Assembly: GCF_004010195.1 (NCBI RefSeq)
Contig: NC_057718.1
Location: 83,712,624-83,776,623 of the forward strand
Source of the DNA: Chiloscyllium plagiosum
Lineage: Eukaryota
DNA length: 64,000 nucleotides
Reading direction: 5' to 3'
Positions 11,480 through 24,132 of the stretch are shown in pieces. Both the position numbers and the translations under genes were made by a program. The stretch's first letter is position 1. Each line of letters starts with the position of its first letter. The notes below the pieces were generated by a model. It was not told where the DNA came from. It ran no database searches and was given only the letters and a program-made list of their open reading frames with translations.

Positions 11480-13340
11480 ATGCAATTATAACTTAGCTAC
11501 AACATTGTAACCATAATAGCAAGTGGAACTATTGTTGCATATGGTTCCAGTAAAATATCAGGTGGGCAGAGGGGTACGATTGCCTTATTGGCAAAAAATG
11601 AAATTAAATCAATAGTAAGAAACCAAGTAGGGTCAGATGGTAGAACCCGAGTGAGTAGAATTGGTGAACCACAAAAGGTTAGAAAATAAAACAGCTGAAG
11701 TTATGTACAGGCCTCCAAACAGTAGTCAGAAGCTGGGGCACAAGACACACGAGGAGATAGAAACGATATGTAGGAAAGGCAAGACTGCAGTGAACATGGG
11801 GGATTTCGACATGTAGGTGGATTGGGAAAATCAGGTTGGTGGTGGATCACAAGAAATGGAATTTGTGGAATGCTTTTTAGAGCAACTTGTGGAGGGGTCC
11901 ACCAGGGAACAGGCAATTCTGGATTTAGTATTGTGCAATGAGGCAAACTTGATAAGGTGAAGGGACCCCTTCAGAGGCAGTGATCACAAAATGATTGAAT
12001 TTACTCTGCAATTTGAGAGGAAGAAGATATAATCAGAGGCACAATATTACAGTCAAATCAAGGCAAGTACAGAGCAATGAGGGAGGAGCTGGATAGAATT
12101 GACTGAGAGGGGAGCTTAGCAGAGTTTAAATCAGATACATGCGAGGTGCTGCATGTTGGGAAAGCAAATCTTAGCAGGACTTATACACTTTAGGGTAAGG
12201 TCCTAGGGAGTGTTGCTGAACAAAGAGACCTTGGAGCGCAGGTTCATAGTTCCTTGAAAGTGGAGTTGCAGGTAGATAGGATAGTGAAGAAGGCGTTTGG
12301 TATGTTTTCATTTATTAGTCAGAGTATTGAGTACAGGAGTTGGGAGGTCATGTTGCGGCTGTACAGGACATTGGTTAGGCTATGTTGAAATATTGTACAA
12401 TTCTGGTCTCCTTCCTATCGGAAAGATGTTGTGAAACGTGAAAGGGTTCATAAAAGATTTAGATGGAAGTTGCCAGGTTTGGAGGATTTGAGCTATAGGG
12501 AGAGGGTGAACAGGTTGGGGCTGTTTCTCCTGGAGCGTTTGGATGGGTATATGAATAGGAAGGGTTTGGAGGGATATGGGCCGGGTGCTGGCAGGTGAGA
12601 TGTCTGGTCGGCATGGACGAGTTGGACTGAAGGCTCTGTTTCCATGCTGTTCATCTCTCTGACTCTATAAAACAGTGGCAGGAGAGACAGCAATGGCAGG
12701 AGATTCTGGGAGTAATTCAGGAGACACAGCAGAGATTCATCCAGAGGCCAAAAAAGCATGGTACAGGGAAGATGAGGCAACCATAGCTGACTAGCGAAGT
12801 CAAAGATAGCATAAAAGCAGCAAAGGGCAGTGGGAAACTAGAGGACTGGGAAGCTCACAAAGAGCAAAACAGGGCCACAAAAAAAAATAAGGTGAGAAGA
12901 TTAAATATGTGGGTAAGCTAACCAGTAATATAAAAGGAAGACTGTCAGAGTTTCTTTAGATAAATAAATGGCAAAAGAGGCAAAAAAGTGGACAATGGGC
13001 CACTGGAAAATGACTTCGAAAAGAAAGTAGTGAGGAACAAGGAAATGGCTGAGGAACTGAATAATTACTTAGCATCAGTCTTCATGGTGGAAGATGAGTA
13101 ATATCCCAGAAATTCAAGTGGGGGGGAAGAGCTGAGTATGCTGGCCATCACCAAGGAGAAGGTGCTAGAATAATGGATGACCTGAATATGGATAAATCAC
13201 CTGGACCAGATGGACGACACCCCAGCTTTCTAAGGGTAATAGATGAAGAGATAGTGGAGGCGTTAGTGGTGATCTTTCAGAATCGTTAGAATTAGGAAGG
13301 GTCAGAGAGGACTGGAAAATCGCAAATGTGACACCCATGT
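11480..13340 (+). mobile_element. Older CR1 LINE (endonuclease to RT start) with a nested younger CR1
   Basis: APE-type motifs YRPP (11704), MGDF, ILDLV, SDH; KSPGPDG at about 13195. Confidence 0.8.
12121..12668 (+). mobile_element. Young CR1 3' fragment with internal deletion
   Basis: Matches 8085-9081 but jumps from cctggagcg to tttggatgggtat at about 12537. Confidence 0.9.
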
Positions 13341-13349
13341 AGATAACCT

Positions 13350-13421
13350 CACCTGGTAGTCTAGTGGTTAGGATTCAGCCCTCTCACCAACGCAGTCCAG
13401 GTTTGATTCCCAGTCAGGGAA
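13350..13421 (+). pseudogene. tRNA-Glu(CTC) pseudogene
   Basis: cacctggtagtctagtggttaggattcagccctctcaccaacgcagtccaggtttgattcccagtcagggaa is colinear with vertebrate tRNA-Glu(CTC); substitutions largely at CpG sites, T-loop GTTCGA changed to GTTTGA. Confidence 0.85.
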
Positions 13422-13448
13422 TGGGAGGTTTGCTCTGCTCATTTATAA

Positions 13449-13760
13449 GGGTGGCATGGTGGCTCAGTAGTTAGCACTGCTGCCTCACAGTACCAGGGAC
13501 CCAGGTTCAATTCCAACCTCGGGTGACTGTGTGTGGAGTTTGCACATTCTCCCTGTGTCTGTGTGGATTTCCTCTGGGTGCTCCGGATTCCTCCCACAAT
13601 CCAAAGATGTGCAGGTTAGGTGGAATGGCCATGCTAAATTGCCCAATGTGTAGGTTAGGTGCATTAGTCAAGGGTAAAGAGAGGGCAGGGGAATGGGTCT
13701 GGGTGGGTTACTCTTCGGAGGGTCAGTGTGGCTGAAGGGCTTGTTTCCACACTGTAGGGA
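13449..13760 (+). mobile_element. HE1/V-type tRNA-derived SINE
   Basis: A box tggctcagtagtt, B box ggttcaattcc, central gtggagtttgcacattctccc domain, CR1-like tail. Confidence 0.9.
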
Positions 13761-13824
13761 TCCTATGCTGGCAAAAATGTGAAAGCTTTTCAGAATTAGC
13801 ACCCATGCGGAATCCTCTACACTA

Positions 13825-14418
13825 GCTTCTTTTTCTTGAGATTCTTACACACTTGATGCAACTGCAATAGGCCAACTTCTGTGAACAGTCAAAATGTATT
13901 AAGTACAAGCCGTGGGGAACCCTTAACACTCTTCACAATGCTTGCGAAGACATGTCAAGGGATCTCTCTGAATAAAGGAAACATCCTTCCTTTACAAAGT
14001 ACAAGAGCTTCACATTACAGTCAGTAACACCCACAAGACAACCCCAGCCATTCCCCCACAGTCACATGCCACTTAAGTCAAAATGTAATGATCACATCAT
14101 TTCGAGAAACAATATAATGTAAATGATCCCTTAACGGCCAGATCTATTATGAATTGGCTTTTCAACTGCTGGGAGTACTCTGAACTTTAATTGCAATGTT
14201 CCATTGATTTCTGAATTGGGGATAACAATGAAATTATTTTACCCTGAATAACTAGGAAATGGCCATGCAAATGGCTCTGAAGAGCAAGGGATGGGAATGT
14301 AAATTCCTGACATTGTACCTGTAAGACAGAGACATAACATCCTAAGACAGAGGAATACTGCCCTAAACTCGGGACATGCAATTTCATGCAGGTCAGACCA
14401 AATTAATCCTTTATCTCA
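13825..14418. repeat. Solo-LTR-like dispersed repeat, copy 2 (inverted relative to copy 1)
   Basis: Reverse complement aligns along 4538-5117, e.g. ttacattcccatccctt..ttcagagccatttgcatggccatttcct. Confidence 0.6.
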
Positions 14419-14449
14419 CTCTACAGGATAAAATAAGCTTTGCGTGAGC

Positions 14450-16995
14450 AAATTTTGGGGAAATTCAATTTCATGGCGTTTCACACCTTGAGCACTGGTG
14501 AATTTTCTTGTGCCTTTTTAAAGGTGTGATATTCTGTATGCACCACATCTCCTCTCCTGCACCATCTGCGCTCAGTGGGGGAGGTGGTCATTGCTAGAAA
14601 AAGCTTGCAGCATTCATGCTACGGATACCATTCTTAATGCCCATCTGCACACCAGTTCAACCGCCGCAAGCCAGCAACAGACCCCCTCATCTGCAAGGGG
14701 CTCTCTTGTGACAGTGGTAGTGTCCCTACGCCAGACCAGGAGGCTCAGGTTCAAGTCCTATCTCGTTCAGAGGTATGTTCTAACATCTCTTAACAAGTTG
14801 ATTGGAAAAGCAAAATCAGCCTTTCATACTTCCAGTATGCAAAGACCTCCAAGGGACGTAGTTGATCGAGACAAATTAACACTGGTTTGTGGATAGGGAC
14901 CTGGAAGTCCTGGTGGATGGGATGTAAGGTTGTCCTTCATCGGTCAGGACTTGAAGTTGCCATCTAGGTCAGTACTGTTTCCATGGTCTGGAAGAAAGCC
15001 CAGTAAAACAGGAAGAACGTTAAAGATCTTTTGCACTCCACAAGGCTAAGTGCCACCACTTAATTTCTATTACCTCTCCTCACATTTAAACTCCACTACT
15101 GCACCAATCATCCACAGGGCTCAAGCACTCTCACTGTTGCACATGGTATCTTTCCTCAATGGTTCTCCAAATCATTGTACGTATTTTTAACCAACCTGTT
15201 CAGAGATGTCATGACATGACACACCTCAGGAGCAGGTAGAACTTGAACACTCACCTCCTGAACCAAAGGTTAGGATACCAGCACAGCACCCTCTACTAAA
15301 TTTCTAACCTATCCTGTACTCGCCAATTCCTGCCACTCAATGGACACCTCATCACCTTTCCTCCAGCAACACTAACATCTGCCATTTGCATCTAGCTCAG
15401 TCCCTGCCCTTGGCTCATCCCAGATTAAGCAGCCCACACAAGGGCAGAGAGGGACAAGATGAGTGGGTGGGGTGACAGACATATGTTTGCTTACTGACTA
15501 CAAATAGACAATCCTTACATTAGACAAACAGGATGGAGACCGCACAGGTGGAGATGCAGAGATCTCTATGCACTAGCTATCAAGTAAAATGAATTGTGAT
15601 GTGCAGTGTAGTACTGCCATTCTATTACAAGAAGACGACGCCACAGATGAAGCACTGGCAATACTGTCCCTGGCAGCCTCCACCAGCTCAGATACTGACA
15701 CCTTGGTAGATTGTTCAGCTAGATTGGAGTAGAGAACACATTCTGAGAAGCACGTCTCCAGAGTTGGAGAGAGGAAGAAATGTCTCAGAGCATGAGTACT
15801 CGAAATTGCCAAAAACTAGGTACCTGCACAGCATCACGCAAGTGAGGACCTCATGGTGTTAGCCGTTAAAACTTGATGCAAATGTACAAACAGACAGAAG
15901 CAGCAGACAACTAACAGCTGTTTCTGTGGATAGGTTTGCGGTTACCATGGAGAATCAGGTCCCCAAAACTTATTGACTGTTAGATATACATGCAAATCTG
16001 CATTCCATCACTGTCGCCATTGGTGGTCAAGCAACAGGAAGACAAGGGAACTTAACCTCATCCTGAGACAGGGTGGTGCCAGCTTGCACCCAGTCAGAAC
16101 AGGAACCACACGCAAAATCCCAAGATATCCTCTTTCAGAATATTCCAGAAGTGCTCAGCCTTTCCACTCCCATTCTGCCCACAATTCTCAACTTTGAAGT
16201 TCAAGTCAAGGAAAGTGAACTTGCATCTGGCCAGGACCTACTAGCCACAAATACCCAAGGATCATCCCTAGCACCCATCACAGCATAAAACATTGTCATG
16301 TTTGGATTTGGAAGTATCAGATGTTGTGAAGCCTTTCAACAGTTTGCAATGTTCACTTCTATTACACAACAGTGTAACAGAAATGAAGAAACGTCAGCAT
16401 TTGGAAATAAACAGTAACTGCTTACTTTTGCAGCATGAACACGCTTAGTAAATGATGACTTCATTCAATTTAGTTCCATTAGAATCGGTCATGAAATATG
16501 CCCTATGGTTGATTGTGGTGGACCATGGTGATGTTCTCAGTAATCAATGTTCCAACATCCTCCTTTCTTGCTGCTTTCACAGCTTACTGTCCACCCCCTA
16601 TATTTGTGTCATTGCCAGCTCCACATCACCATATACAAGGATTACACAGCACAATCTGTGGGCATATCAATGAACCCCCTGACCTGTCTCAGCTTGGGAA
16701 CGGCAACTCAAGCAGGTTGACTAGCCTTCAATTACCCCAGCTGAAACTGCTGCATTGTATCTATGCACAGCCTCAGTCAGGGAGTGGTGTAGCACATTGT
16801 GAGCCATGTTTGATGAGAGTAGTCTTTGTCACTCAACAACCACCCTTTAAGGCATCTGGTCTTTGAAATGAAGCAGAATCTGAGAATTATCAAATGTATG
16901 GGATTGTGCATGCTTGCATTTGGAATTCAGCATTCTATTTTTTTTAGTGGGATTCTTTCCCTGTTTCAGTCCCACCCAGCTTCTTGTTAAATCAA
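14450..16995. mobile_element. Second degenerate Harbinger-like element (Myb/SANT ORF remnant on +)
   Basis: WFVDRDLEVLVDG at about 14883-14921 and RKNVKDLLHS at about 15010; homology to the 5.6-6.2 kb region; boundaries are uncertain. Confidence 0.45.
14698..14808 (+). mobile_element. Short tRNA-related SINE (related copies at about 15185-15290 minus and 17570-17680 plus)
   Basis: cagtggtagtgtccctac...ggttcaagtcc B-box-like motif, recurring three times. Confidence 0.55.
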
Positions 16996-17189
16996 GAAGG
17001 TCAAACAAAGATGATATATTTCATAACTGTTAATTGTGACAGATCATTAATTATGGCTTCTCAGATATTTGATTAGCTGTTATTTCTCCCAAACAAGGAA
17101 CAAAATTTTGCTTTACGGGAGATAATAAATTCCTATTATACTAATCTCAGAGATCACATTCAGACTTGTACTGAAGCCTCCTACAAGGG

Positions 17190-17345
17190 AGGATCAATAC
17201 TACAGGGCAATTTACTAAGTCCAATCCATCTAACCTGCACACCTTTGGACTGTGGGAGGAAACCGGAGCACCCGGGAAGAAACACACACAGACATGGGGA
17301 GAACGTGCCAACTCCATACATCTAGCCTGCATATTTTTGGACTGG
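17190..17345 (-). mobile_element. HE1/V-type SINE central fragment
   Basis: ggactgtgggaggaaaccggagcacccgg. Confidence 0.8.
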
Positions 17346-18241
17346 GTGAGGAAATGTTTGCCATAAAGTTAATTGGAAATATTATGATCATCTGAAAAAC
17401 ATGCAATTAGGAATTTAAAAATTAAGCCTAAGAGTTAATATTTAACAGTTATGACTTTGGATCAATTATAACTGATCATTTGTGGACACCCTTTTGACAA
17501 CTCTAGCCCTCAACTCTTCTCAGGTCCACAACCTCTACAATTAAAGACTGTTTTGTACAGCCAAAATGACAGCGCTTGTGTTATGCAGGCCTAGTGCCCC
17601 ATGAGCCATGAGGCCTGCGTTCAAGTATCATCTGCTACATAGGTCCATGCGAACACCTCCAAACAGATTGACTGGAAAGCACTGTACAAAGTAAATAAAG
17701 AAAACAACTTTAAAAAAAAAGGTGTTTTAATAACATGAAAAGCAAAACCCCTCCTAACTTGCTGTTCCATGCAGACGTCTTCCCTCAATCCTCATATTAG
17801 TATTCAAAATTCTTAACTAATTTCCTAGTTTAACAATATTGCCCCTATCCCAAATCTCTTACCTTCATCAATACTTCCCCTCGTACAAATTATGGCTTAA
17901 AGCCAATTTTAACTATCACACGCAATACACAAGTTTTCAGAAACAGACGTAGGCTACATTTTCATTTCATTTAAAAACTGCAATTTACAAATTAAAAAGT
18001 GCAACTAATGGAATCACGTGGGACCACCCCTGGCTGGACCCAACAGGCAGCATCCAAACTCGAGAGTAAAAGCAAAATATTGTGGACATTGGAAAAACAC
18101 AAAATTCAGGAGTTACCTACTAGGTCTGCAGCATTTTCTATAATCCCTCCAAACTAAGAGTGCATTTAGGAGCTACTCCCAGGTTGTTAGCGCCCTTCAG
18201 GAGAGGAATATTACAGACCAATTCCAAGTAAATTTACTCAC

Positions 18242-18309
18242 TTGACTAAAACTGCTCCACCAATTACAATTCCAGCAATTGATAGTGGCAATATATATTT
18301 GCTCATCAT
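18242..18309 (-). CDS. RDH13: Retinol dehydrogenase 13, first coding exon
   Basis: Translates MMSKYILPLSIAGIVIGGAVLV+AA, followed by a gtgagt donor; matches the human RDH13 N-terminus as recalled (MSRYLLPLSALGTVAGAAVLLK); CpG-enriched region directly upstream. Confidence 0.9.
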
Positions 18310-18620
18310 GCTCGCTCTGTAACTCAGAAAACGACTGTTACCACAATCCCGATTTAAACATCAGTTACCACCAGCTCCTGAGTATTACGGCATTCGTCTA
18401 TCGCCGCTAGAAGTAACCAACCAGAGCTCGGCTGCCGCTGCGGGCAAAGGTTACACCCCAGCGTGCACCAGAAATGACCTTCACCCTTTTCGACGTTCAC
18501 TCCCCTCCATCACACGTCATTAGAATAAAATCGTAAATCGAAACTTAAGGGGGTTCACTTATCTGTTAGCTTTTGTGAGAGTGTCGTGTTGTGCACCGAA
18601 TCGTAGGATAGTTATAGCAA
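18310..18620 (-). promoter_or_regulatory. CpG-enriched promoter/5'UTR of RDH13
   Basis: Local CpG retention in a CpG-depleted background; cacgtca (CRE/USF-like) at about 18513-18519. Confidence 0.65.
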
Positions 18621-19329
18621 AGAAGCAGTCTTTTTTTGATTCTGCAAAAGCATCTTATTTTTTCTTCTTTCCTGATAATTACCGAATTCTCTTTTGAAAG
18701 CTTGGATTGACTCCACCTCCATCACCGTCTCACACATTTCGGATTATAACTTGTGACGTGACCTTTTTTTTTGTGTCGATCTGCGGTCCTTCTACCATTT
18801 ACTAAAATCGGTGTCCTCTGTTTTCTGATGTTTATGTTAGGGAGAACATTCTCCCGAGCTACTGTTTTGAACACCATTATTAAATATCTTTGCGTCTTCC
18901 CTAAAGAGAACCCAGCTTTTCCAACGTATGCAATCTTATGTCCTGATCCGATATATTTTATTTAAAATTTAGCTTTTCAATAGAAGAATCTGGGTCTTAA
19001 CAGAAATTCTAATGGCGAGAAGAAAATGATCAATTTTCTCACTGGCCCAGGGATCCTTGGGTGCAGTCTTCTTTCCTGCTATACGGCACTTTTGGGAAAT
19101 TATCCAGAAAGACTACCATTAAAAAATTGGAGGTAGGATTTTAACCAAATCTGAAAAACATTCTAAAGCTATGTGCCCTTGAGAAACCAGAATACCACCA
19201 CAACCATCTTAAAATTGCATATTTCCAATATGTGGCATGGATTTCATGGTCAAATGGTTCAGAATTACTTCTCAGGGAAGTCATTCCTCTACTTTTCATA
19301 AAGAGATTATATGATGCCTTATTTTGTCT

Positions 19330-19560
19330 CAGGTTGCCTGTGCATAAAAGGTAATGTTACCATTGTACTCAAACACTTAAGGGCTGTTTGCTTCTTAGAA
19401 AGAGATTACTTTTGATAGTTTAAACTGAGGGTCATTATGCCTCAGGTGAGGGTAGAGTTTGAGAAGAAATGTCCTTCACAGTAATCTAGCTTGTGTGGGA
19501 ATTGAATCCATGTTGTTGGAGCTACTCTACATTGCAAACCGTCTATCCAGCTAACTGAAC
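19330..19560 (-). mobile_element. Old tRNA-derived SINE
   Basis: Reverse B-box-like gggaattgaatcc and ccagctaactga head. Confidence 0.45.
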
Positions 19561-19804
19561 GCCAAACCCCAAACCAGGCACTTGTCAACTGAAGAATTGT
19601 TTCTTAGAAGCTGTTATGAAGGAAACACGGCATCCAAATTACACAACAGAGCAAGAACCCATAAAGAGCCATGTTTTCGTGATTCAGAAGCCAAAACTAC
19701 TCTTTAAATAAAAATACAAAATACTAAATGCTGCCTGAAACACCAATAAAACTGTTTTCATTCTGTAGATACTGCCAGACCTGTTTCCAGCACTTTGTGT
19801 TTTA

Positions 19805-20072
19805 GTGATGTTAGTTGAGGGATAAATATTGGTCAGAACACTGAGTAATTTCTCTGCACTTCTCCAAAACTGGCATGGGATGTTTTACATCCACAGGAGA
19901 GGACAAGACATTGATTTAACATCTCATTTGAAGAACAGCATTTCCAACACCACTTTCTCAAGTATTCAGAAGTGTCAGGCTAAATTTGTACTTAAATTTC
20001 TAGAGTGGGACTTGAATCCACAACTTTCTGACTCAGAGGCATGATTCTTTCCACTGAGCCACAGCTAACACC
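19805..20072 (-). mobile_element. Old SINE, Deu-domain/SacSINE1-like (related copies at about 52170-52490 minus, 54680-55000 minus, 56390-56700 plus)
   Basis: gtgggacttgaatccacaactttctgactcagagg...ccactgagccacagct head and gcatgggatgttttacatccac core; family name from memory. Confidence 0.55.
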
Positions 20073-21554
20073 AATGGTACCAGTCCAGAAAGCACAGGGA
20101 CATTTCTTGCAATCTATAAAGTTATAGTGCCTTCGGGGGAGACCTTACTCCCACATTTTTCATATCAATGACAAAATTAATGTTTTAAAAACATCAAATA
20201 TGTTTGATACATGGTTATTTTGTTATATCCACATGACAAGTCATTGTGAGGGTAAAGTCCGTTAAAGTAAACTGAGCTAAGTGACAACTTTAATCTCACT
20301 TTTTGCGAAAAGTAAACATGTCAAAGCTTTTCATCTTCCACTTATCAGAACCAGGATACAGAGTGCTGATAAACTCTGAGCCGAAGCTGTTTAACATCAA
20401 ACAGTTACTGTCGACATGTTTGTTGTATACCAAACTGACATCCAGGAACTGCCACGTACTAACGCTGTGATACCTGAGGAGTCTTGCCATCCTAAATGAG
20501 TTCTAATCATCTACTTCATTATTCAATTCTTTATTTATTTACTTATGCTAATTTAATTTGTTAACTGTACCACCAGTTGCTATCCTTTGTTGGACCATAG
20601 AAATACAATAAACCTTAGTCATTTCGGAAATACTCAGAAAATAATTAACTTCTCCTGTGACAGACAAACAATTGTTTTCAGAAGGCTGAACATGTTAGAA
20701 AGGCAAAAGCAATGCAGCATCTCTTTCATGCCCTATCTCCCTTTACGTTTGACTTTGGCTTTCTATTAAAAGTCACATTTCCTAAATCAACTAATTCCAG
20801 CACCTTATTGTAAGTCACACTTGAATCCTAAGATGTACTAAGTTGGCAAGTTTCATATACTTGAACACAAGGACCAGCAAAAATGAGTAACTAGTTTGAG
20901 ATGCTTAATTAAGCCCAATTGCTTTTCCACTGGCAACCTTGTTTAAAAATCCTGCTTAAGGCTGGGATCTATCTGGAGGTGCTTAAAAGCAATTGATAAA
21001 AAAGTTGGGAACTAGAGAATTTAAATTGTAGATCTCAGTTAATTGTCAATTATATGTTATGAACAAGATTAGATTTGTGTAAAATAAAATGTAAACTTTC
21101 TTACCTACCAACTGCAAGCACTCAGTCCTCAAATGGTATGTGAGAATTCCTAGATGTTGTTTGGTCCAAAGCAAAAACATCAGCAACAAGTGTTTAAAGT
21201 TCAAGGAGGTTCAGCTCAGAGTTCATGAGCTGGAGACTGAATGACAGAAACTGTAATAAATCAGTGAATTGAAATGTTATCCTGATTTTTCACACTCGGA
21301 GGCAGTCTTGTATTGGGTCATTGATTTGGTCAATGTTTCGGGTCAGGAAACTGACTAAGTGAGGCAGGTAATGAGGTACAGAGGGCAGGGATACAGGAAC
21401 CTCAGCCTTTGTAATTGTCTAAAAGTTCGGAGGTTCTTTCAACTTGTCTGAATGAGAATGAGGGCTGCAGGGTAGATGAATTGACTGACCAGGTTCAAGG
21501 GAATGAATGGCTTACTCCTGCTTTTCTGTTACTGAAGACTGTACACATTTTTTA

Positions 21555-22510
21555 TTTGTTGATGGGAGGTGGGTGTTGTTAAATAGGCCAACATTTATTG
21601 CCCATCCTTAAATACCCTGGAGAAGGTGGTGGTGAACTGTCTTCTTGAACCACCGCAATCTTTGAACTGTAGGAACAGCATGAAGGGAATTCCAGAATTT
21701 TGACCAGCAATAATGAAGAATTGGTGATACATTTTCAGATAAGTATAATGTTTGGTTTGGAGGATACTTACAGGTGGTACTGTTTCTATGCATCCCCAAC
21801 CCTTGTTCTTCTACTGGCAGAAGCTGCAGATTTGGAGATGCTGTCAGAGGAACCTTGGTGAGTAAACTGCAGTGCAGCTTGTAGATAATATACACTGCTG
21901 CCACAGCACCTCGGTGGTGAAGGGAGTCCCAGTCTTGCAAGCTGCTTTGTCCTGGATGGTGTCAAGTTTTGTGGAACTGCATCCATCCAGGCACTGTGAG
22001 TATTCCACCATAGTCTATACATGTTCCTTGTAGATGGTGAACAGGCATTGGGGTAACAGGAGATGAATTGCTTTTCACAGAATTCCTAGCCTCTGACCTG
22101 CTATTGCTACAATATTTATTTGGCTGGTCCAGTTTAGTTTCTGGTAATCCCCAGGATGTTCATAGATGGGGTTTCAGCAATGGTGGTAGCATTGAATGTC
22201 AAGGGGCAATGGTTAAATTCTCCTTTGTTAGAGATAGTCATTGTGTGGCACTTGTGTGTGCAGATGTTACTTGCCACTTATCATCCCAAGCCTGGATACT
22301 GTCTAGATCTTGCTGCAAATGAACAAAAACTGCTTCAGTATCTGAGATATTGGTGCTGAATATTATACAATCATTCATGAACAACCCACTTCTGACCTTA
22401 AGATAGAGGGAAGGTCATTGATGAAGCAACTGAGGATCTCATGCAGTTATGAACTGGAGCAGATAATTGACCTCCAGCAATTACAAACAACTTCATTTAT
22501 GACTTCAACC
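21555..22510 (-). mobile_element. Non-LTR retrotransposon (CR1/L2 group) 3' fragment, second family
   Basis: Colinear with 45995-46950, which carries RT motifs; tail catttattgcccatcc. Confidence 0.75.
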
Positions 22511-23782
22511 AGCTATTTAGATACATTTAGATACAATTAGATATCCTAATTTTGGCAAGTTAAGAATCTGAGAAGTGTTGACAATAAAATATAGTGCTGC
22601 AACAATGATTAAAGAAGAGGAAGTATCTTGAACCAAAAATATTTCTGTACACTTTACTTCCTCTATATGACTTGGATGTTTCTTCCAAATGATGAATAAT
22701 TTTTGAATTGATAATTAATGTGTTGCTCAGTCATCAAAATTGAAACTGAGTCTTGTTCTTATAATATAAATTCAGAATGCTGAAAAACAATAACAAATAG
22801 CTAAAATTTCAGGAACATTTGCCAGGTTCACTAGTACCCAAAAAGAAAGGAAGGAAAAGTTAATATGTACATTGGAAATTCTTTATGCTCTTTCAGGTAT
22901 CTTTTTTCCTTTGCTGTTCTTCAACTGGAGAAAAGCAGATGTAATAGACCTAAGTACTGAATTTCTATAGCTGTCCAGAAAGATTTCTTTCAAATTTTAT
23001 TTTCTTATTTAGAAGTAACTTGGAAATGCCACTTATAATGGGTTTCTGCAGAAAATGGAAAAAACTCTCTGTATTGGAAAAGGGGGCACTTGTGACATGA
23101 TGTGAATAGAGGAAGCAGCAACTGTGAGTATTCCACCATAGTCTTTACATGTTCCTTTAGACATTGGTGCTTCACTCAAGGTGTGAAATCCCTGAAACTG
23201 TCAATGCTAATTAAATTAGAGTGACGATCCATAATGTCAAAGTGGCCCCCATACATGTGCAGATGCTGCCAGTGATGTCACCTGGCTCCAACAGGCCACT
23301 GATGTCACCACACCAAGATATATTTGCACATGCTCACTAACATCACCGAGTGCAAATGAGTGGGCTTGGGCTAGGGGGCATGTGGAGGGAGGAGGGTGAA
23401 GCTTATTCAGTGGAACCTCCCCACCCCAGGGCTGCATGGCCATCACTCCTTCACCATGCTCACTTTATAATCCAGCACCTCCATCCATTGCATAGCCCAG
23501 AGAGGGACCCGCCTCCTACAGCCAGGAGACCATGCCTGGGGATGGGACAGCTGCTGTGCCTGTTCCTCGCTGTCACCTTTTGGTTCTGTCCTTATTACTG
23601 CTAAAGATGGAGTGATCCACCTTCTTTACCAAGTTCATGTCACTGTCCATAGATCGCAATTGGAATGATGCAGCTACTCAGGCTTCACTGTTGCAGCTGC
23701 CCTTCAAAGACCTCACAATCTGATTCACACTCAATACAAAATATGGTTCAGGCCACCAAGTCCTGGATTCCTCTTCTTTGAT

Positions 23783-24099
23783 TTAGATTAGATTAGATTA
23801 CAGTGTGGAAACAGGCCCTTCGGCCCAACAAGTCCACACCGACCCGCCGAAGCGCAACCCACCCATACCCCTACATTTACCCCTTTTAATCTAACACTAC
23901 GGGCAATTTAGCATGGCCAATTCACCTAACCTGCACATCTTTGTGACTGTGGGAGGAAACCGGAGCACCCGGAGGAAACCCACACAGACACGGGGAGAAT
24001 GTGCAAACTCTACACAGTCAGTCGCCTGAGTCGGGAATTGAACCCGGGTCTCTGGCGCTGTGAGGCAGCAGTTCTAACCACTGTGCCACCGTGCCGCCC
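23783..24099 (-). mobile_element. Full-length young HE1/V-type SINE
   Basis: Reverse complement starts gggcggcacggtggcacagtggttag; (TAATC)n tail; CpGs retained. Confidence 0.95.
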
Positions 24100-24132
24100 A
24101 CTTGTTATACACACTTCGTGTAGCACCATCTT

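Noticed and set aside
1..18241. RDH13 exon 2
   Set aside because: No TGxxxGIG-coding segment found by eye; it probably lies left of the window
21105..21150. Small minus-strand exon candidate with a gtaaga donor
   Set aside because: Poor polypyrimidine tract and no supporting homology
23230..23760. Possible third Harbinger-like fragment
   Set aside because: Composition is suggestive but no motif could be read with confidence
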